Assembly (NCBI RefSeq): GCF_009914755.1
Contig: NC_060933.1
DNA: 64,000 nt
Source of the DNA: the human T2T-CHM13v2.0 reference genome, Homo sapiens
Direction: 5' to 3' (one strand)
Each line of letters opens with the position of its first letter. Positions within the stretch are counted from its first letter, which is position 1. Of the stretch, positions 56,401 through 64,000 are shown in pieces. The notes under the pieces were generated by a model. It was given only the letters and a program-made list of their open reading frames with translations, made no database searches and was not told the origin of the DNA. The translations under genes were made by a program, and so were the position numbers.

Positions 56401-59400
56401 TCATTCCATTCCATTCCATTCCATTCCATTCCGGAAGATTCCATTCCATTGCATTCCATTCCATTCCATTCCCCTGCACTCGCGTTGATTCCATTCCATT
56501 CCATTCCATTCCATTCCATTCCATTCCGTTCCGTTCCGTTCCGTTCCGTTCCGTTCCGTTCCATTCCATTCCATTCCCTTCCATTCCATTCCGTTCCGTT
56601 CCATTCCATTCCATTCCATTCTATTCGGGTTAATTCCATTCCATTCCATTCGATTGCAATCGTGTTGATTCCATTCAATTCCATTCCATTCCATTCCATT
56701 CCATTCCATTCCTTTCCATTCCATTACGGATGATTCCATTCCATTGCATTCCATTCCATTCCATTCCCCTGTACTCGGGTTGATTCCATTCCATTGCATT
56801 CCAATCCATGCCTTTCCACTCGTGTTGATTCCATTCTTTCCATTCCATTCAAGTTGAATCCATTCCGTTGCATTCCATTCCATTGGATTCCATTCGATTG
56901 CACTCGGGTTCATTCCATTCCATTGCATTCCATTCCATTCCATTCCATTCCATTCCGTTCCTTTCCATTCCATTACATTCGGATTGATTCTATTCACTTC
57001 CCTTACACTCCATTACATTCCATTCCATTCGGGTAGTTTCCATTCCATTCCATTCCATTCCTCTCCATTCCATTGCACTCGGGTTGATTCCATTCCATTG
57101 CATTCCATTCCATTCCACTCAATTCCATTACGTTCCATTCCATTCCATTACATTCGGATTGGTTCTATTCAACTCCGTTAGTCTCCATTACATTCCATTC
57201 CATTCGGGTTGTTCCATTCCATTCCATTCCATTCCACTCCATTCCATTGCACTCGGGTTGATTCCATTCCATTCCCTTCCATTCCAATCAATTCCATTCC
57301 ATTCCGGAAGATTCCATTCTTTTGCATTCCATTCCATTCCGTTCCCCTGCACTCGCGTTAATTCCATTCCATTCCATTCCATTCCATTCCATTCCATTCC
57401 TTTCCGTTCCTTTCCATTCCATTCCATTCCATTCCGTTCCGTTCCGTTCCATTCCATTCCATTCCATTCGGGTTAATTCCATTCCATTGCATTTGATTGC
57501 AATCGAGTCGATTCCATTCCATTCCATTCCATTCCATTCCATTCCATTCCTTTCCATTCCATTACGGATGATTCCATTCCATTGCATTCCATTCCATTCC
57601 ATTCCCCTGTACTCGGGTTGATTCCATTCCATTCCATTCCAATCCATGCCATTCCACTCGTGTTGATTCCATTCTTTCCATTCCATTCAAGTTGAATCCA
57701 TTCCATTGCTTTCCATTCCATTCCATTCCCCTGCAGTCGGGTTGATTCCATTCCATTCCATTCCATTCCATTCCATTCCATTCCGTTCCGTTCCATTCCA
57801 TTCCATTCCTTTCTATTCGGGTTAATTACATTCCATTCCATTCCATTCCATTCCACTCCAATCAAGTTGATTCCATTCCATTCCATTCCATTCCATTCCA
57901 TTCCATTCCACTCCATTCCAGTCCTTTCCATTCCATTCCTCTCAGGTTGATTCCAATGTATTCCTTTCCATTGTATTCCATTCCATTGCAATCGAGTTGA
58001 TTCCATTGCTTTGCATTCCATTCCATTCCATTCCATTCCGGATGATTCCATTCCATTGCATTGCATTCCATTCCATTCCCCTGCACTCGGGTTGATTCCA
58101 TTCCATTCCACTCCATTCCGTTCCGTTCCATTACCTTCCCCTGCACTCGGGTTGATTCCATTCCATTCCATTCCATTCCATTCGATTCCATTCCATTCCC
58201 CTGCACTCGCGTTGATTCCATTCCATTCCATTCCATTGCATTCCATTCCATTCCATTCCATTCGATTCCATTCCTTTCCATTCCAGTCGTTTCCATTCCA
58301 TTCCACTCGGGTTGATTCCATTCTATTAGTTTCCATTCCATTCCATTCCCTTCCATTCCACTCTGGTTGATTCAATTCCTTTCCATTCCACTCAGGTTGA
58401 TTCCATTCTATTAGTTTCCATTCCATTCCATTCCCTTCCATTCCACTCTGGTTGATTCCATTCCTTTCCATTCCACTCGTATACATTCCCTCCTATTCCA
58501 CTCGGAACGATTCCATTCCATTCCATTCCATTCCATTGCATTCCATTCCATTCCATTTCGTTCCATTCCATTCTATTCCGTATCATTCCATTCCATTCCA
58601 TTCCATTCCATTCCATTCCATTCCATTCCACTCGTGTTGATTCCATTGCTTTCCATTCCATTCCGTTTGAAGGCATTCCATTCCATTCCATTCCATTCCA
58701 TTCCATTCCATTCCATTGTACTCGGGTTTATTCCATTCCATTGCATTCCATTCAATTCCATTCCATTCCATTCCATTCCGTTGCATTCCATTCCATTACA
58801 TTCGGATTGATTCTATTCAACTCCCTTACTCTCCATTACGTTCCATTCCATTTGGGTTGTTCCATTCCATTCCATTCCATTCCACTCCATTCCATTGCAC
58901 TCGGGTTGATTCCATTCCATTCCATTCCATTCCATTCCATTCCGGATGATTCCATTCCATTGCATTCCGTTCCATTACATTCCCCTGCACTCGCGTTGAT
59001 TCCATTCCTTTCCATTCCATTCCATTCAATTCCATTCCATTACAATTCGTTCCATTCCATTCTATTCCGTACCATTCCATTCCATTCCATACCATTCCAT
59101 TCCATTCCATTCCATTCCATTCCGTTCCATTCCATTCCATTCCATTCTATTCCGGTTAATTCCATTCCATTCCATTCCATTCCATTCCATTCTATTCCAT
59201 TCCATTGCAATCGAGTTGAATCCATTGCATTTCATTCCATTCCATTCCATTCCATTCCATTCCGGAAGATTCCATTCCATTGCATTCCATTCCATTCCAT
59301 TCCCCTGCACTCGCGTTCATTCCATTCCATTCCATTCCATTCCATTCCATCCATTCCGTTCCGTTCCGTTCCATTCCATTCCATTCCATTCCGTTCCGTT

Positions 59401-62400
59401 CCATTCCATTCCATTCCATTCTATTCGGGTTAATTCCATTCCATTCCATTCGATTGCAATCGACTTGATTCCATTCCATTCCATTCCATTCCATTCCATT
59501 CCATTCTTTCCATTCCATTACGGATGATTCCATTCCATTGCATTCCATTCCAATCCATTCCCCTGTACTCGGGTTGATTCCATTCCATTCCATTCCAATC
59601 CATACCATTCCACTCGTGTTGATTCCATTCTTTCCATTCCATTCAAGTTGAATCCATTCCATTGCATTCCATTCCATTCGATTCCATTCGATTGCACTCG
59701 GGTTGATTCCATTCCATTGCATTCCATTTCATTCCATTTCATTCCATTCCATTCCTTTCCATTCCATTCCTTTCCAATCCATTCCATTCCATTTCAATCG
59801 CGTTGATTCCATTCCATTCCTTTCCATTCCATTCAATTGCCTTGCATTCCACTCGGGTTGATTCCATTCCCTTCTTTCCACTCCATTACATTCCCTTCCA
59901 TTCCACTCGGAATGATTGATTCCATTCCATTCCATTCCATTTAATTCCATTGCAATCCATTCCAATCCATTCCATTCCATTCCATTCCACTCGAGTTGAT
60001 TTCATTCCATTCCATTCCATTCCATTCCACTCCATTCCAGTCCTTTCCATTCCATTCCACTCGCGTTGATTCCAAAGTATTCCTTTCCATTCCATTCCAT
60101 TCCATTGCAATCGAGTTGATTCCATTGCTTTGCATTCCATTCCATTCCATTCCATTCCGGGTGATTCCATTCCATTGCATTCCATTCCATTCCATTCCCC
60201 TGCACTCGGGTTGATTCCATTCCATTCCACTCCATTCCGTTCCATTCCATTCCATTCCACTGTATTCGGGTTAATTCCATTCCATTCCATTCCATTCCAT
60301 TCCATTCCATTACAATCGAGTTGATTCCATTCCATTCCATTCCATTCCAGTCCTTTCCATTCCATTCCACTCGGGTTGATTCCATTCTATTAGTTTCCAT
60401 TCCATTCCATTCCCTTCCATTCCACTCTGGTTGATACCATTCCTTTCCATTCCACTCGAACACATTCCCTCCTATTCCACTCGGAACGATTCCATTCCAT
60501 TCCATTCCATTCCATTCCATTCCATTCCATTCCATTCCATTCCACTTCGTTCCATTCCATTCTATTCCGTATCATTCCATTCCATTCCATTCCATTCCAT
60601 TGTACTCGGGTTGATTCAATTCCATTGCATTCCATTCCATTCCATTCCATTCCATTCCGTTGCATTCCATTCCATTACATTCGGATTGATTCTATTCAAC
60701 TCCCTTACTCTCCATTACATTCCATTCCATTCGGGTTGTTCCATTCCATTCCATTCCATTCCACTCCATTCCATTGCACTCGGGTTGATTCCATTCCATT
60801 CCATTCCATTCCATTCCATTCCATTCCAATCCGGATGATTCCATTCCATTGCATTCCGTTCCATTACATTCCCCTGCACTCGCATTGATTCCATTCCATT
60901 CCATTCAATTCCATTCCATTACACTTCGCTCCATTCCATTCTATTCCGTATCATTCCATTCCATTCCATACCATTCCATTCCATTCCATTCCATTCCATT
61001 CCGTTCCGTTCCATTCCGTTCCATTCCATTCCATTCCATTCTATTCGAATTAATTCCATTCCATTCCATTCCATTCCATTCTATTCCATTCCATTGCAAT
61101 CGAGTTGAATCCATTGCATTTCATTCCATTCCATTCCATTCCATTCCATTCCATTCCGGAAGATTCAATTCCATTGCATTCCATTCCATTCCATTCCCCT
61201 GCACTCGCGTTGATTCCATTCCATTCCATTCCATTCCATTCCATTCCATTCCGTTCCGTTCCGTTCCATTCCATTCCATTCCATTCCATTCCGTTCCGTT
61301 CCTTTCCATTCCATTCCATTCTATTCGGGTTAATTCCATTCCATTCCATTCGATTGCAATCGAGTTGATTCCATTCCATTCCATTCCATTCCATTCCACT
61401 CCATTCCATTCCATTCCTTTCCATTCCATTACGGATGATTCCATTCCATTGCATTCCATTCCATTCCATTCCTCTGTACTCGGGTTGATTCCATTCCATT
61501 CCATTCCAATCCATGCCATTCCACTCGTGTTGATTCCATTCTTTCCATTCCATTCAAGTTGAATCCATTCCATTGCATTCCATTCCATTCGATTCCATTC
61601 GATTGCACTCGGGTTGATTCCATTCCATTGCATTCCATTCCATTCCATTCCATTCCATTCCGTTCCATTCCATTCCGTTCCATTCCATTCCATTACATTC
61701 GGATTGATTCTACTCAATTCCCTTACACTCCATTACATTCCATTCCATTCGGGTAGTTTCCATTCCATTCCATTCCATTCCTCTCTATTCCATTGAACTC
61801 TGGTTGATTCCATTCCATTGCATTCCATTCCATTCCATTCAATTCCATTCCGTTCCATTCCATTCCATTATATTCGGATTTATTCTATTCAACTCCCTTA
61901 CTCTCCATTACATTCCATTCCATTCGTGTTGTTCCATTCCATTCCATTCCATTCCACTCCATTCCATTGCACTCGGGTTTATTCCATTCCATTCCATTCC
62001 ATTCCGGAAGATTCCATTCCATTGCATTCCATTCCATTCCATTCCCCTGCACTCGCGTTGATTCCATTCCATTCCATTCCATTCCATTCCATTGCATTCC
62101 ATTCCATTCCATTCCATTCCATTCCATTCCTTTCCGTTCCATTCCATTCCATTCCATTCCATTCCATTCCTTTCCAATCCATTCCATTCCGTTCCGTTCC
62201 GTTGCATTCCATTCCATTCCATTCTATTCGGGTTAATTCCATTCCATTCCATTCGATTGCAATCGAGTTGATTCCATTCCATTCCATTCCATTCCATTCC
62301 ATTCCATTCCATTCCTTTCCATTCCATTACGGATGATTCCATTCAATTGCATTCCATTCCATTCCATTCCCCTGTACTCGGGTTGATTCCATTCCATTCC

Positions 62401-63348
62401 ATTCCAATCCATGCCATTCCACTCGTGTTGATTCCATTCTTTCCATTCCATTCAAGTTGAATCCATTCCATTGCATTCCATTCCATTCCATTCCCCTGCA
62501 GTCGGGTTGTTTCCATTCCATTCCATTCCATTCCCTTCCATTCCACAATCGTAGATTCTATTCCTTTCCATTCCACTCGAATACATTTCCTCCTATTCCA
62601 CTCGGAACGATTCCATTCCATTCCATTCCATTCCATTCCATTCCATTCCATTCCATTTCGTTCCATTCCATTCTATTCCGTATCATTCCATTCCATTCCG
62701 TTCCATTCCATTCCATTCCATTCCACTCGTGTTGATTCCATTCCTTTCCATTCCATTCGGTTTGAAGGCATTCCATTCCATTCCATTCCATTCCATTCCA
62801 TTCCATTCCATTCCATTGTACTCGGGTTGATTCCATTCCATTGCATTCCATTCCATTCCATTCCATTCCATTCCGTTGCATTCCATTCCATTACATTCGG
62901 ATTGATTCTATTCAACTCCCTTACTCTCCATTACATTCCATTCCATTCGGGTTGTTCCATTCCATTCCATTCCATTCCACTCCATTCCATTGCACTAGGG
63001 TTGATTCCATTCCATTCCATTCCATTCCATTCCAGATGATTCCATTCCATTGCATTCCGTTCCATTACTTTCCCCTGCACTCGCGTTGATTCCATTCCAT
63101 TCCATTCAATTCCATTCCATTACAATTCGTTCCATTCCATTCTATTCCGTACCATTCCATTCCATTCCATACCATTCCATTCCATTCCATTCCATTCCAT
63201 TCCACTCGTGTTGATTCCATTCCTTTCCATTCCATTCGGTTTGAAGGCATTCCATTCCATTCCATTCCATTCCATTCCATTCCATTCCATTCTATTCCAT
63301 TCCATTGCAATCGAGTTGAATCCATTGCATTTCATTCCATTCCATTCC

Positions 63349-63363
63349 ATTCCGGAAAATTCC
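63349..63363. promoter_or_regulatory. Perfect heat-shock element, last in window
   Basis: aTTCcgGAAaaTTCc. Confidence 0.5.
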
Positions 63364-64000
63364 ATACCATTGCATTCCATTCCATTCCATTCCCCTGCAC
63401 TCGCATTGATTCCATTCCATTCCATTCCATTCCATTCCATTCCATTCCGTTCCGTTCCATTCCATTCCATTCCATTCCATTCCATTCCATTCCATTCCGT
63501 TCCATTCCATTCCATTCCATTCTATTCGGGTTAATTCCATTCCATTCCATTGGATTGCAATCGAGTTGATTCCATTCCATTCCATTCCATTCCATTCCTT
63601 TCCATTCCTTTCCATTCCATTACGGATGATTCCATTCCATTGCATTCCATTCCATTCCATTCCCCTGTACTCGGGTTGATTCCATTCCATTCCATTCCAA
63701 TCCATGCCATTCCACTCGTGTTGATTCCATTCTTTCCATTCCATTCAAGTTGAATCCATTCCATTGCATTCCCTTCCATTCGATTCCATTCGACTGCACT
63801 CGGGTTGATTCCATTCCATTGCATTCCATTCCATTCTATTCCATTCCATTCCATTCCGTTCCATTCCATTCCGTTACATTCGGATTGATTCTATTCAATT
63901 CCCTTACACTTCATTACATTCCATTCCATTCGGGTAGTTTCCACTCCATTCCTTTCCATTCCTCTCCATTCCATTGCACTCGGGTTGATTCCATTCCATT

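Larger units (their letters stand above)
35159..64000 (-). repeat. HSat3 array in opposite orientation, (ATTCC)n on +
   Basis: Continuous ATTCC pentamers carrying reverse complements of the left-arm words (ACTCGGGTTG, AATCGAGTTG, ATTCGGGTTA, CCCCTGCACTCGCGTTG). Confidence 0.97.

Noticed and set aside
1-64000. Hundreds of ORFs (MEWNG and IPFHS repeats), e.g. 3474..4841 (455 aa), 33468..34583 (371 aa), 57473..58486 (337 aa)
   Set aside because: GGAAT and ATTCC repeats contain no stop codon in any frame, and ATG recurs every 5 bp on the G-rich strand. The ORFs overlap in all frames with the same low-complexity peptide, so they are artefacts.
1-64000. CRISPR-like repeat/spacer reading of words separated by GGAAT runs
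   Set aside because: The interrupting words are recurrent rather than unique, spacing varies, and there are no cas genes or leader.
6300-64000. Giant perfect palindrome centred on 35160
   Set aside because: Word order beside the junction is not mirror-symmetric. Only scattered blocks match.
1-64000. Transposon or other non-satellite insertion (Alu, L1, alpha satellite, telomeric repeat)
   Set aside because: No stretch longer than ~40 bp departs from pentamer-derived sequence. No poly-A tail, target-site duplication or TTAGGG was seen.
1-64000. HSat2 assignment
   Set aside because: CATTCGATTC is sporadic, while long pure GGAAT runs and CAACCCGAGT dominate, as in HSat3.

Overview
The whole 64 kb window is human classical satellite 3 (HSat3/SatIII): GGAAT pentamers interrupted by diagnostic words such as CAACCCGAGT, CAACTCGATT, TAACCCGAAT and CAACGCGAGTGCAGGGG. 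The motif content best fits the chr9q12 stress-body array, but that is recalled, not verified by alignment. I see no gene, RNA gene or transposon. All ORFs are MEWNG/IPFHS translations of the pentamer. Main non-trivial structure: (1) one strand-switch (inversion) junction at about 35159-35163, with a 5-bp CGAGT microhomology, a hairpin and rearranged flanks, which makes the two G-rich strands convergent; (2) about 42 hand-counted perfect three-unit heat-shock elements (GAAnnTTCnnGAA), all in one satellite module and absent from the first ~6.4 kb; (3) a distinct sub-domain at 1-~6300; (4) nested duplications with periods from 60 bp to ~18 kb. All counts and offsets were read by eye and need computational confirmation.
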